Positions 19,006 to 28,634 of a stretch of DNA of 64,000 nt are shown piece after piece. The notes beneath the pieces were generated by a model. That model made no database searches and had not been told where the DNA came from. It was given only the letters and a program-made list of their open reading frames with translations. The first letter of the stretch is position 1. Each line of letters opens with the position of its first letter. Source of the stretch: an uncultured Planctomycetia bacterium (GTDB lineage Bacteria > Omnitrophota > Gorgyraeia > Duberdicusellales > 4484-171); assembly GCA_964455085.1 (NCBI GenBank), contig CAYVYJ010000002.1, forward strand, positions 8,194 to 72,193, written 5' to 3'. Position numbers and translations under genes: made by a program.

Positions 19006-20133
19006 ATGCGTAAGATTATTCTTTTTCTTGTAATTCTTATTACCTTACCGGTTTCTTCAAATGCGGCTACGAAGATATCGGCAACTCTATTTTACTCTCA
19101 TCACTGCAAGATTTGCCATGAGGTAAGGGAAGAGATTCTGCCTCAGATCAAAGAGAAGTACAAAGATAATCTTAGTTGGCAGGAGTTAGATACTTCCGCT
19201 GGCGCCGATAACCTAGAGTTGCTTATATCATTAAGCAAGCAATTTAACCGCAAAGCCTTAATTCCTAGTATCGCCGTGGGGGATATCTTTTTAGTCGGGG
19301 GACAGGAGATTAGAGGAGGTTTGGAGCTGGCGATTGAACGGGCCTTAGAGAGGGAAAAGCACCCTTTGTCCTTCTTACGGACAGATTTAGTAGATTTTTT
19401 TAAGAGGTTTTCCGTCTTTACTGTAATCGGCAATGGTTTAATTGACGGGATAAATCCTTGTGCTTTTGCGGTAATCATATTTTTTATATCGTTCTTAGCC
19501 GTATATGGCTACAAAAAAGAAGAGATAGTTTATGTCGGCACATTTTATTGCCTGGCCGTGTTTATTACCTACCTCCTGATTGGTTTAGGGGTTTTCAACT
19601 TTTTTTACTCTCTATCCCAAATCCACCTGATTATAAAGTTCTTCTATTATTTTATAGCCTTTTTCTGCTTTTTAATGGCTATAGCTGCTTTAAGCGATTA
19701 TCTGCGGTTTAAAAAAACAGGGCAGGCCAAAGAAGCGATTCTCCAGCTACCGAAGTTCTTAAAGAGGAGAATAAATGTTGTTATTGGTTCAAGGATGCGG
19801 GAAAGAAAAGGCGGTGTCTGGGGCCTATGCTTTAGTTCTTTTGTGGTCGGCTTTCTTGTTTCTTTGCTGGAAGCGGTATGTACCGGTCAAATCTATTTGC
19901 CGACAATAGTTTTTATTTTGAAAAATACCGATTTAAAGTTAAAAGCAGCTGCCTATCTCTTTCTTTATAATTTCATGTTCATCCTTCCTTTAATCATTAT
20001 TTTTCTTCTTTCTTTGGCCGGAGTTAACTCAGCAAGACTCAGTGATTTCTTAAAACGAAACTTAGGGCGAATTAAAATTTTAATGGCCATAGTCTTCTTC
20101 TGTCTGGGTATTTTTATACTAGTTTTGAGTTAA
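19006..20133 (+). CDS. Thiol:disulfide interchange protein: N-terminal thioredoxin-like domain (CKIC) fused to a CcdA/DsbD-type transmembrane electron transporter
   Basis: Signal peptide; CxxC CKICHEV; TM domain with conserved Cys pair (GINPCAF ... CTGQIY) typical of CcdA/DsbD. Confidence 0.7.
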   Translation: MRKIILFLVILITLPVSSNAATKISATLFYSHHCKICHEVREEILPQIKEKYKDNLSWQELDTSAGADNLELLISLSKQFNRKALIPSIAVGDIFLVGGQEIRGGLELAIERALEREKHPLSFLRTDLVDFFKRFSVFTVIGNGLIDGINPCAFAVIIFFISFLAVYGYKKEEIVYVGTFYCLAVFITYLLIGLGVFNFFYSLSQIHLIIKFFYYFIAFFCFLMAIAALSDYLRFKKTGQAKEAILQLPKFLKRRINVVIGSRMRERKGGVWGLCFSSFVVGFLVSLLEAVCTGQIYLPTIVFILKNTDLKLKAAAYLFLYNFMFILPLIIIFLLSLAGVNSARLSDFLKRNLGRIKILMAIVFFCLGIFILVLS

Positions 20134-20145
20134 GTACTTTCCCCG

Positions 20146-21405
20146 ATGAATTTACCTTATTTAGTCTTTTCTGATAAAAAAGGGAAAATTTATCACCACC
20201 TTTATTTAAGGATGAGTGTTACATCTTTGGAGAAAGTTAGCCTGCCCAAAGAAGCCGAATTGATCAAACTGCCTCCAGGAAGCGCCCTTTTTTATCTCCC
20301 TCAGCGACAGCCAATAGGTTTTGATCCCGGAAAGAAACAGTTCGAAGTATTAGATGAGTTTAAAGGTAAAGAGGTCTTTGCAGTCTCGGCATTTCCTATC
20401 CCAGCATTCTTGAGATTATATAACCCAGCCTGCATAACTAAAACAAAAAAGACACTTCCTCTTTGGGCTTATGCAGCTTGCGGTTATTATAAGGGTAATT
20501 TCTATATAACAGCTAAGAGAATAGATAAAAGAATCCGCCAGAGCCCCCGGTTTTACGATAATAAGTTGGTTAGTGAACGGACAAGAGCCTTTCTTAAAAA
20601 GGATCCTGATAATCGGCTTTACCGGCACTTGGCTAATTGTGCCCTTAATTATAATTGTTTAGCGGCAAAGAATCTTTTTCTTAAACGTTGGGAGGCACCT
20701 CTGCCTACAGCAAGACTTTGTAATGCTCGTTGTATTGGTTGCCTTAGCCATCAAGAGTCAGATTGCGCTTCATCTCACCAGAGGATAGATTTTAGACCTA
20801 GGGTAGATGAGGTCGTTAAGGTTATGATTAATCACTTGAAGGTAGCTAAAGAAGCAATAGTTAGCTTTGGCCAGGGTTGTGAAGGAGAACCTCTGCTTGA
20901 GAGCGACTTAATTGCCAAGAGTATAATCAAGGTAAGAGAGAGTGTCAGAAGAGGTACAATAAATATAAACACAAATGCTAGTATTCCTAAAAAAATAGAG
21001 ATGCTTTGTCAGGCTGGTATGGATTCTTTTCGGGTTAGTCTAAATAGCCCTGATCAGAAATTCTATAATCTCTATTTTCGGCCTAAAGGCTATAAATTTT
21101 CAGATCTTGTCAAATCAATAGCCATAGCTAAGAAGTATAAGAAGTTTGTTTCAATAAATTTATTTGTCTTTCCGGGATTTTCTGATTCGTCCCAGCAGAT
21201 AAAGTCTTTGGTCAGGTTCGTAAAAAATACCGGCATTGATATGATTCAGTGGCGTAATTTAAATATAGATCCTGATTACTACCTAAAACATATTCCCTAT
21301 AAGAGGCTAAAGCCCCAAGGAGTTCTTTGCCTCCTGAATACAATAAAGAAGGAATTCCCCTCTCTAAAGCAGGGCTATTTTAACCTTTCCAAAGAAGATT
21401 TTTAA
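20146..21405 (+). CDS. Radical SAM enzyme of unknown specificity (true start probably the internal Met MSVTSL...)
   Basis: CNARCIGC = CxxxCxxC cluster motif; GCEGEPLL glycine-rich SAM motif. Confidence 0.7.
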   Translation: MNLPYLVFSDKKGKIYHHLYLRMSVTSLEKVSLPKEAELIKLPPGSALFYLPQRQPIGFDPGKKQFEVLDEFKGKEVFAVSAFPIPAFLRLYNPACITKTKKTLPLWAYAACGYYKGNFYITAKRIDKRIRQSPRFYDNKLVSERTRAFLKKDPDNRLYRHLANCALNYNCLAAKNLFLKRWEAPLPTARLCNARCIGCLSHQESDCASSHQRIDFRPRVDEVVKVMINHLKVAKEAIVSFGQGCEGEPLLESDLIAKSIIKVRESVRRGTININTNASIPKKIEMLCQAGMDSFRVSLNSPDQKFYNLYFRPKGYKFSDLVKSIAIAKKYKKFVSINLFVFPGFSDSSQQIKSLVRFVKNTGIDMIQWRNLNIDPDYYLKHIPYKRLKPQGVLCLLNTIKKEFPSLKQGYFNLSKEDF

Positions 21406-21563
21406 TTCCCGGTCCTTAAATGCGCCGCCAATTTTTTTTATTTCGCCCCTTGACAAGTAGGGAATATATGGTATGTTTTAATTACTACTAAAGCTATAGA
21501 CTTGGTAGGAATTAAAAACAGTGTGTTTATCGATATTAATGCAGACAAAAGGAGGGAAAAGAG

Positions 21564-22289
21564 GTGAGTTTATTGGATAACAAAGATGATCTAAAGGTAT
21601 TGGTGGAGAAGTTAAATTTTAAGGAAAAGGTTGACCGGTCTCTAGCTCTTATCAATGAAGCTTACGAGAAGTACGGTGACAGTTTAGTAGTAGCTAATAG
21701 CCTTGGCAAAGATTCGGTGGCAGTCTGGCATCTTGCAAAAAAGGTTAGTCCGAAAATAAAAGGGTTTATCGTTACAACCCGATTTAAGCCCAAAGAAACC
21801 ATAGAATTTATGAATCAAGAAGTGGCGCGCTACCAGGAACTAAAAATTTACAAAAGTGATGTGGATATACCACCAGAGCTCTACAAGACCGACCCTGATA
21901 GGTGTTGCGATTTGCTTAAGGTAGAGCCGGTAAAGCGGGCAGTTGAAGAAATGAAAGTAACTTGTTGGGTTACTGGCTTACGTTGTACTGAAGGCCGTAC
22001 CAGGACTGATTATAAAGAAGTTGAAGAAAGAGACGAAGGGCTAACGAAGCTGAACCCTATTCTTATCTGGAAAGAGCGGGAAGTTTGGCAATATCTTGCC
22101 CTATACGGAGTCAAGGTTAATCCTTTGTATGCAAAAGGGTACCGTTCCTTAGGTTGCGAGCCTTGTACAAAGATAACTAATGAAGATAATGAACGTTCAG
22201 GCCGTTGGATTGGTACAAGTAAATGTGGCGGAGAGTGTGGTATACACACCAGACCGCTTAAAACAAACTTAGACGGCGAAGGCATTTGA
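21564..22289 (+). CDS. cysH: Adenylyl-sulfate / phosphoadenylyl-sulfate reductase (CysH family, Fe-S type)
   Basis: GTG start with AAGGAGGG RBS; PP-loop SLGKDS; CC...CxxC cluster motif (RCCDLL, GCEPC); C-terminal ECGIH catalytic motif. Confidence 0.85.
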   Translation: MSLLDNKDDLKVLVEKLNFKEKVDRSLALINEAYEKYGDSLVVANSLGKDSVAVWHLAKKVSPKIKGFIVTTRFKPKETIEFMNQEVARYQELKIYKSDVDIPPELYKTDPDRCCDLLKVEPVKRAVEEMKVTCWVTGLRCTEGRTRTDYKEVEERDEGLTKLNPILIWKEREVWQYLALYGVKVNPLYAKGYRSLGCEPCTKITNEDNERSGRWIGTSKCGGECGIHTRPLKTNLDGEGI

Positions 22290-22387
22290 AAAGGGATTAA
22301 TTCGACTAGACACTTTTACGAAGTAAAAGTGTAAGTCTCATTGAGGAGTAAACTCTGATATTCGCTAAGTACGGAGCTTTAGCCTTA

Positions 22388-23332
22388 TTGGTGGTATTTT
22401 TCTCTCTAAATATGGGGGGCAGTAATTTCGGTGCTTCGTTTGCTGCAGCCCACGGAGGGAAGATAATTACCAAAAGAAGGGCCCAGCTTCTTTTCGTTAT
22501 CTTTATTTTATTGGGCGCAGTTTTAATGGGGCGTCCAGTAACAGAGACTATCGGAAAAAAAATAATTCCTCCGGAGCTTATTAACTTCGAAGTACTTCTT
22601 GTAATCTTTACTTCTACAGCGCTTAGTTTATTCATTGCTAACCAACTGCAGGTACCTCAATCGACTAGTCTTGTTACTATTGCTTCGATATTGGGAGTAG
22701 GGGCGTATTTAGGACGAGTTTACTTTGGTACATTAGCTTATTTATTGCCTTTCTGGGTATTATTACCAGTAGTAGGGTACTTATTGACATTTTTTCTGGG
22801 AAGGATAATATATCCTCCTCGAAGGAGTAATTTTTGGATTTACGAGAAATTAGTAAACCACAAAAACAGATTAAAAGCCTTTGTTATAATAGCTAGTTGT
22901 TATAATGCTTTTAGTATTGGTACTAATAATGTAGCCAATGCAGTTGGTCCTCTCCTTGGAGCCGGGATTGTGGATAAGACATTGGGGCTAGTTTTAATAG
23001 CTCCTATTTTTGGTTTAGGCAGTATAGTTTTTTGCGGCCCGCTGGAAACTACCGGAGGGAAAATAGTTCCTTTGGGGCTCTTATCAGCTACAATAATTTG
23101 CCTTGTAACCGGGACGCTTATGGTTACAGCTTCCTTTTTGGGAGTTCCTCAATCTTTTGTGATGATAAAGGTAGCGTCGGTCTTTGCTATTGGGAGCTTA
23201 AAGGATGGACACAGGCTTACATTTTTAAATCCGGTGACAAGAAAGACATACCTTACATGGCTTATAACTCCCATTGTTGCTTTTGGGCTTTCTTTTATTT
23301 TGAGTTGGCTAAAGGGTACATTTTTTGTTTAA
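22388..23332 (+). CDS. PiT-family anion permease (phosphate/sulfate; CysP-like given context); start codon uncertain
   Basis: Two PiT signature repeats (GGSNFGASFA; GTNNVANAVGPLLGAG), about 10 TM helices; adjacent to cysH; the in-frame hydrophobic extension upstream of the TTG at 22388 suggests an earlier non-canonical start. Confidence 0.7.
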   Translation: MVVFFSLNMGGSNFGASFAAAHGGKIITKRRAQLLFVIFILLGAVLMGRPVTETIGKKIIPPELINFEVLLVIFTSTALSLFIANQLQVPQSTSLVTIASILGVGAYLGRVYFGTLAYLLPFWVLLPVVGYLLTFFLGRIIYPPRRSNFWIYEKLVNHKNRLKAFVIIASCYNAFSIGTNNVANAVGPLLGAGIVDKTLGLVLIAPIFGLGSIVFCGPLETTGGKIVPLGLLSATIICLVTGTLMVTASFLGVPQSFVMIKVASVFAIGSLKDGHRLTFLNPVTRKTYLTWLITPIVAFGLSFILSWLKGTFFV

Positions 23333-23362
23333 AAAAATCTACTTATCGAGGTTAATAAATAT

Positions 23363-24394
23363 ATGGGTTTAATAGTTGTAGGTACAAGTTATAAATATAG
23401 CTCTCTTCAATTAAGAGAGAAGATGGCATTTTCTAAGAAAAAGGCAAAAGAAGCCCTCCTTCTTTTAAGACACAAGAAGCTATTAAGTGGGGCAGTCGTT
23501 CTTTCAACTTGCAATAGGACAGAAATCTATGCTAGTTCAAAAGATACTGAATTTGGCCTAGAGAAAATAGAGGAATTTATTTGTTCTTACCACGAACTAG
23601 AAAGAGGTGATGTCTCACCTTACCTGTATAAACATAAAGACTCACAGGTCTTGGAGCACCTCTTTTGTCTTGCTAGTGGTGTAGATTCTTTGATTTTGGG
23701 TGAAAGACAAATCGCCGGACAAGTAAAAGAAGCTTTACTCCAAAGCCAAGAAGCCAAATTTACCGATGAGCTTTTAGATGGAGTATTTGAGGCGGCTTTG
23801 ACCTTTGCCAAAAGAGTGCATGAGCAAACAACAATATCTGAAGGGAAGGTATCAGTAGGCAGCATAGCTATAGATTTTATAAAGGGAAAACTTAAAAGCC
23901 TTTATAATAAAAGTATTTTAATTATTGGAGTTGGTAAAGTCACCGAACTTCTACTTAAATATCTTAAAAAAGAAAAACCTAAAGTCGTATTTATATCTAA
24001 TCGGACCTTTGAGAAAGCAAAAGATTTTGCCTCATTAATAGGTGCAAGAGCAGTTAATTTTAACCAGTTTAGCCAATATCTAAAAGAGGCAGATGCTATT
24101 ATAACTGCTACCAAGAGCCCCAATTTTATTATTAAAAAGGAAGAAATCGCAAAGGCCAGAAGAGCTGAACTGTTGATTTTGGATCTAGCCTTGCCAAGAG
24201 ATGTTGATCCTGAGGTAAGGCAAATAAAGGGAGTGGATCTCTTCCATTTAGAGGAGTTGAATAAGGTTATAAGAGATAATTTCAAGAGAAAAAGTATTCA
24301 GGCAGAGATAGTAAAAGATCTTGCCCGTGCAGAGGTAGAAGAATTATGGAGCAAATTTATAAAGCTGGAACCAGAACCAGCCCTCTTGCCTTAA
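23363..24394 (+). CDS. hemA: Glutamyl-tRNA reductase
   Basis: Catalytic LSTCNRTEIY motif, NADPH-binding IIGVGKVTE. Confidence 0.85.
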   Translation: MGLIVVGTSYKYSSLQLREKMAFSKKKAKEALLLLRHKKLLSGAVVLSTCNRTEIYASSKDTEFGLEKIEEFICSYHELERGDVSPYLYKHKDSQVLEHLFCLASGVDSLILGERQIAGQVKEALLQSQEAKFTDELLDGVFEAALTFAKRVHEQTTISEGKVSVGSIAIDFIKGKLKSLYNKSILIIGVGKVTELLLKYLKKEKPKVVFISNRTFEKAKDFASLIGARAVNFNQFSQYLKEADAIITATKSPNFIIKKEEIAKARRAELLILDLALPRDVDPEVRQIKGVDLFHLEELNKVIRDNFKRKSIQAEIVKDLARAEVEELWSKFIKLEPEPALLP

Positions 24395-25029
24395 AACAGG
24401 TTGATGAGGTTTTAGCAAGTTTGCGAAAGATTTACCCGAGGCTTAAGGTAGAGGTAATAGGTATTGATACCTGTGGGGATAAAGATAAGTCTAAACCTAT
24501 ATCGACCATAGAAGGCAGTGATTTTTTTACAAGAGAGATAGATGAGGTTCTCCTGAAGGGAGAAATAGATTTTGCTGTTCATAGCGCTAAAGATTTGCCA
24601 GATAAGATTGCCAAGGGCCTTAAGGTTGCTGCAATTACTGCTTCAATCGACCCTAGAGATGTTTTGGTCTCCAAAGGCAATCTAAGGCTTAGTAAACTTC
24701 CCATAGGTGCAAAGATTGGAACGAGTAGCCTTCGTCGTAAGAGCCAATTAAAGGCCTACAGAGATGATTTTGAGATAATTGATATCCGCGGTAATATAGG
24801 GGACAGGCTAAAGATTTTAGGCAATAACGATTTGGATGCGATTCTTATAGCTGCCGCTGGTTTAATTAGGTTAGGATTAGAAGATGAAATTAGCCAAAGG
24901 CTTCCTGTTGATATAATGCAGCCACATCCTTATCAGGGTGCATTGGCAGTTGTTGTCCGCAGAGAGGATAGAACACTATTTAAGTTATTAAGCGTGTTAG
25001 ATAACAAAAAAGAGTTAAGTAAAGTATGA
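24346..25029 (+). CDS. hemC: Porphobilinogen deaminase (HemC) domains 1-2 only; C-terminal domain 3 with cofactor-binding Cys is absent
   Basis: GTRTSPLALKQ, IDFAVHSAKDLP motifs; ends at the point where E. coli HemC continues into domain 3 (...EGGCQVP...). Confidence 0.7.
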   Translation: MEQIYKAGTRTSPLALKQVDEVLASLRKIYPRLKVEVIGIDTCGDKDKSKPISTIEGSDFFTREIDEVLLKGEIDFAVHSAKDLPDKIAKGLKVAAITASIDPRDVLVSKGNLRLSKLPIGAKIGTSSLRRKSQLKAYRDDFEIIDIRGNIGDRLKILGNNDLDAILIAAAGLIRLGLEDEISQRLPVDIMQPHPYQGALAVVVRREDRTLFKLLSVLDNKKELSKV

Positions 25030-25053
25030 CAATTTTAGGGAGGTGGTTTAGAC

Positions 25054-25266
25054 ATGAATATTAAGGTTAATGGTAAGGAGAAAAGTTTTGATAAGGTTTC
25101 GCTCTCAGTATCTGAATTATTGAAGGTGAGTGAGGTACAGAGACCAGAAGTGGTTTCAGTGCAGCTCAACGGAGAGTTTGTTAAAAAAGAATATTTAGCG
25201 AGCACACATTTAAAAGAGAATGATCAGGTTGAGTTTTTGTATTTTATGGGTGGAGGCATAAGTTAA
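25054..25266 (+). CDS. ThiS/MoaD-family sulfur-carrier protein (HcyS/CysO-like) with a C-terminal extension after the GlyGly (..MGGGIS)
   Basis: 70 aa beta-grasp, MNIKVNGKE...VEFLYFMGGGIS; adjacent to metY, an E1 and a JAMM protease. Confidence 0.75.
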   Translation: MNIKVNGKEKSFDKVSLSVSELLKVSEVQRPEVVSVQLNGEFVKKEYLASTHLKENDQVEFLYFMGGGIS

Positions 25267-25291
25267 TGCCAAGATTAGAATAAGGAGTAGT

Positions 25292-26530
25292 ATGAAGAAG
25301 TTAAAGTTTATAACAAGAATCCTTCACAATAAGTTTTTAAAGAAAGATGTTCACGGCTCTCTACATATGCCTATTTACAATAATGTGGCTTTTGAATTTG
25401 ATACTGCGGAAGATATTGAGTTGGCATTTCAAGGTAAAAAGCCTGCCCATATGTATAGTAGGATAAGTAATCCTACAATTGAGAATTTTGAACAGAAGGT
25501 CAGGGTTGTTACTGATGCTTTAGGGGTTATTGCTCTGTCTTCGGGTATGGCTGCTATTTCAAATCTTATTTTGGCGGTCTGTGAGGCTGGAGATAACATC
25601 ATAACTACTAAACATTTATTTGGGAATACATATTCTTTGTTTGAGAAGACCCTTAAAAGCTGGGGGCTTGGGGTAAAATACACTGACTTAACCCAGCCCG
25701 GAAACCTTAAACACTTAATCGATAGTAAGACTAGAGCGATATTCTTTGAGACTATAACTAACCCTCAATTAGAGGTGGTAGATGTTAAGGCCTTATCTAA
25801 AATAGCAAAGGCTAAAGGTGTCTTGCTTATTGTTGACACAACTCTTACTCCTCCCTATACCTTTGACTCCAAAGCTTCTGGGGCTGATGTTGAAGTTTTA
25901 TCAAGCACTAAATACATATCTGGCGGTGCAACTTCAGTCGGTGGATTGATAATTGATAATGGTACTTATGATTGGGGTAAGAATAGTAAACTAAAAGCCG
26001 ATGTAAAGAAATATGGTAATTTTGCGCTTATCAATAAACTAAGGCGTGAGGTATATAGGAATATAGGTGCTTGCTTGTCTCCCCAGAATGCTTTTCTGCA
26101 AAGTGTCGGCTTGGAAACTTTACCATTACGGGTAGATGCCTCTTGTGCCAATACCTTAGAGATTGCCAAGTTTTTGCAGAGTTCACCTAAGGTAAAGTCG
26201 GTAAATTACCCCGGCCTTGAAGGCTCAAAATTTTATGAGATAGCTAAGAAGCAATTTGGCGTTAATCCCGGGAGTTTGCTTACCTTTGATTTAACTTCAA
26301 AACAGGAGTGTTTTGAGTTTATGAATAAATTAAAACTTATCAGGAGGTCGACTAATCTAAACGATAATAGGACTTTAATATTGCATCCGGCATCAACTAT
26401 ATTCTGTGAGTATGATGATAAGCTTAGAGCGGAAATGAATATAGGCGAAGCTATGATTCGTCTTTCTGTAGGTATTGAGGATCCAGTTGATCTGATTTCT
26501 GACATAAAAAGCGCATTGGAGGGGATATGA
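25292..26530 (+). CDS. metY: O-acetylhomoserine sulfhydrylase (MetY; Cys/Met-metabolism PLP enzyme)
   Basis: PLP-lysine region SSTKYISGGATSVGG, YSRISNPT motif, about 410 aa. Confidence 0.85.
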   Translation: MKKLKFITRILHNKFLKKDVHGSLHMPIYNNVAFEFDTAEDIELAFQGKKPAHMYSRISNPTIENFEQKVRVVTDALGVIALSSGMAAISNLILAVCEAGDNIITTKHLFGNTYSLFEKTLKSWGLGVKYTDLTQPGNLKHLIDSKTRAIFFETITNPQLEVVDVKALSKIAKAKGVLLIVDTTLTPPYTFDSKASGADVEVLSSTKYISGGATSVGGLIIDNGTYDWGKNSKLKADVKKYGNFALINKLRREVYRNIGACLSPQNAFLQSVGLETLPLRVDASCANTLEIAKFLQSSPKVKSVNYPGLEGSKFYEIAKKQFGVNPGSLLTFDLTSKQECFEFMNKLKLIRRSTNLNDNRTLILHPASTIFCEYDDKLRAEMNIGEAMIRLSVGIEDPVDLISDIKSALEGI

Positions 26531-27339
26531 TAAATTTCAGCGAAGAACAATTAAATCGGTATAGCCGCCATATTATTTTAGCTGATGTCGGAGTAGAGGG
26601 GCAACAAAAAATAATGGCTGGTAAAGTTCTAATCATCGGGGCCGGAGGCTTGGGTGCACCAGCCAGCCTTTATTTAGCTGCTGCTGGCGTAGGTACAATA
26701 GGGATAGTTGATGGAGATGTAGTTGAGACATCGAATTTGCAGCGGCAGGTAATCCACTTTACTGCCGATGTTGGTAAACCCAAGGTAGTTTCAGCTAAAG
26801 AGAAGATGGAAGCTATAAATCCAGAAGTAAAAGTAGTTACTCATCAGGAAAAAGTATTTGCGAACAATATCTTGGAGATAATAAAAGGCTATGATTTTGT
26901 CATTGACGGTACTGATAATTTTCCAGCTAAATTTCTTATTAATGATGCTTGTGTCTTAAGCAAGAAACCTTTTTCTCATGGCGGAATCCTAAGGTTTGAC
27001 GGTCAGGCCATGACCTATATCCCTGGTCAGGCTTGTTATCGCTGTGTATTCACTACTCCTCCTCCTTCAGATGCTGTGCCGAGTTGCTCTCAGGCCGGAG
27101 TTTTAGGAGCTGTTGCCGGAATGTTAGGGACAATACAAGCTGCCGAGTCCTTAAGATATTTGATTGGAAGAGGAGATCTTTTGGTGAACAGGTTGTTTAT
27201 TTTTGATGCCTTTAACATGAAATTTAGGAGTGTGAATATAAAGAAAAATCCTAAATGTCCAATATGCTCGGATAAACCAACAATCACCGAGCTAATTGAT
27301 GAGGTGCAGTCGGTTTGTGAATGGAAGAAAAGGAACTAA
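26527..27339 (+). CDS. MoeB/ThiF/HcyF-type E1-like adenylyltransferase for the sulfur-carrier protein
   Basis: Nucleotide-binding GAGGLG, conserved Cys, C-terminal CxxC...CxxC zinc motif (CYRC...CPIC); no rhodanese domain. Confidence 0.85.
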   Translation: MINFSEEQLNRYSRHIILADVGVEGQQKIMAGKVLIIGAGGLGAPASLYLAAAGVGTIGIVDGDVVETSNLQRQVIHFTADVGKPKVVSAKEKMEAINPEVKVVTHQEKVFANNILEIIKGYDFVIDGTDNFPAKFLINDACVLSKKPFSHGGILRFDGQAMTYIPGQACYRCVFTTPPPSDAVPSCSQAGVLGAVAGMLGTIQAAESLRYLIGRGDLLVNRLFIFDAFNMKFRSVNIKKNPKCPICSDKPTITELIDEVQSVCEWKKRN

Positions 27340-28634
27340 GGTTAAGGAGCTTAAGGTGGATGAAGATAAAAAGAGAAATTATTAAAAAAATCATTGTCCA
27401 AGCAAAAAGAGCTGCTCCGATAGAAGCCTGCGGTTATTTAGCATCTAAGTCTGGCATAGTGGCTAAACACTACACAATGACTAATATTGATAAGAGTCAA
27501 GAGCATTTCTCTTTTGCTCCCGAAGAGCAATTTAAGGCGGTAAAAGATGCCCGGGCAGAAGGTTTTGAAATTTGCGCAGTTTATCACAGCCATCCGGAAA
27601 CCGGCGCCAGACCTTCGCCGGAGGATATAAAGCTGGCATTTGATCCTAATTTAGTTTATGTAATTGTGTCTTTGCAAAAAGGAAATGAAGATGTTAAGGC
27701 ATTTACCATTAAACAGGGAAAAGCAAAAGAGGTAGAGATGGAAATAGAAGATAAAAATACTGGTGAGATTTCTAAGGCCGAGACAGACCTAGCTGAATTA
27801 AAAAGAGTAGGAATAATTCAACAGAAGCAAAAAAACTATTTTGTAATGAGGCTTAGGGCAGTAGGTGGAGATCTTACTACAACCCAGCTTAAGAAAATTG
27901 CCGAAGTTGCTGATAAATATGCTGACAGCCAAGTGCATTTATCTACTCGTCAGGGAGTAGAAATACATAATGTGCATCGCAAGAATTTGGCAGACGCACG
28001 CCAGGAGCTAAAAGAGGCAGGAGTAGAAATGGGTGCTTGCGGTCCTCGCATAAGAGTTATTGTAGCTTGTCCGGGATCAATAACCTGCCGCTGGGGCATT
28101 ATCGAAACAAAACAATTGGCCAAAGAACTTGATGCTAATTACTTCAGAAAAGATACGCCGCATAAGTTCAAGATTTCAGTCACTGGGTGTCCGCATAATT
28201 GTGCAAAAGCAACAGAGAATGATGTTGGTATTATGGGTGGTATACTTCCCAAGTGGGAAGAGGAAGAATGCATACATTGTGATTTGTGCGTTAATATTTG
28301 TCCGACTAAAGCCATCTATAAGCAAAATGGCCAGTATAAACTAGATAAGAAAAAATGTATTCTATGTAGTATTTGTACTGCTTCTTGTCCGACGAACAGT
28401 TGGGTGCCGGAGAAAAAAGGATATATTCTCTTTATCGGCGGAACCATGGGGAAAAAACCCAGACTTGCGACCCGGTATCCGGGACTCATAGAGAATAAGA
28501 CGAAACTTATGAAATTGGTTGAGCGAGCACTTCTTTTTTTTAGAAAACATGGCCGGAAAAAAGAAAGATTTGGGCATTTTATCGATAGATTTGGTGAAAA
28601 AAAGGCAGTAAAGGAGATTTCCGATGGAGTTTAA
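27321..28634 (+). CDS. Fusion protein: N-terminal JAMM/MPN+ metalloprotease (Mec+/HcyD-like) and C-terminal small siroheme sulfite/nitrite reductase with two ferredoxin-type 4Fe-4S motifs (start possibly ATG 27360)
   Basis: JAMM motif EACGYL...HSHPETGARPSPED (HxHx7SxxD); NiR/SiR ferredoxin-like half domain; siroheme-4Fe4S Cys pattern CPGSITC...CPHNC; CIHCDLCVNICP and CILCSICTASCP. Confidence 0.8.
   Translation: MEEKELRLRSLRWMKIKREIIKKIIVQAKRAAPIEACGYLASKSGIVAKHYTMTNIDKSQEHFSFAPEEQFKAVKDARAEGFEICAVYHSHPETGARPSPEDIKLAFDPNLVYVIVSLQKGNEDVKAFTIKQGKAKEVEMEIEDKNTGEISKAETDLAELKRVGIIQQKQKNYFVMRLRAVGGDLTTTQLKKIAEVADKYADSQVHLSTRQGVEIHNVHRKNLADARQELKEAGVEMGACGPRIRVIVACPGSITCRWGIIETKQLAKELDANYFRKDTPHKFKISVTGCPHNCAKATENDVGIMGGILPKWEEEECIHCDLCVNICPTKAIYKQNGQYKLDKKKCILCSICTASCPTNSWVPEKKGYILFIGGTMGKKPRLATRYPGLIENKTKLMKLVERALLFFRKHGRKKERFGHFIDRFGEKKAVKEISDGV

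Noticed and set aside
28129-28344. 71-aa plus-strand ORF in an alternative frame inside the sulfite-reductase domain
   Set aside because: It is internal to the 27321-28634 gene. That gene's own frame carries the siroheme/Fe-S cysteine motifs, and the alternative frame has no features.
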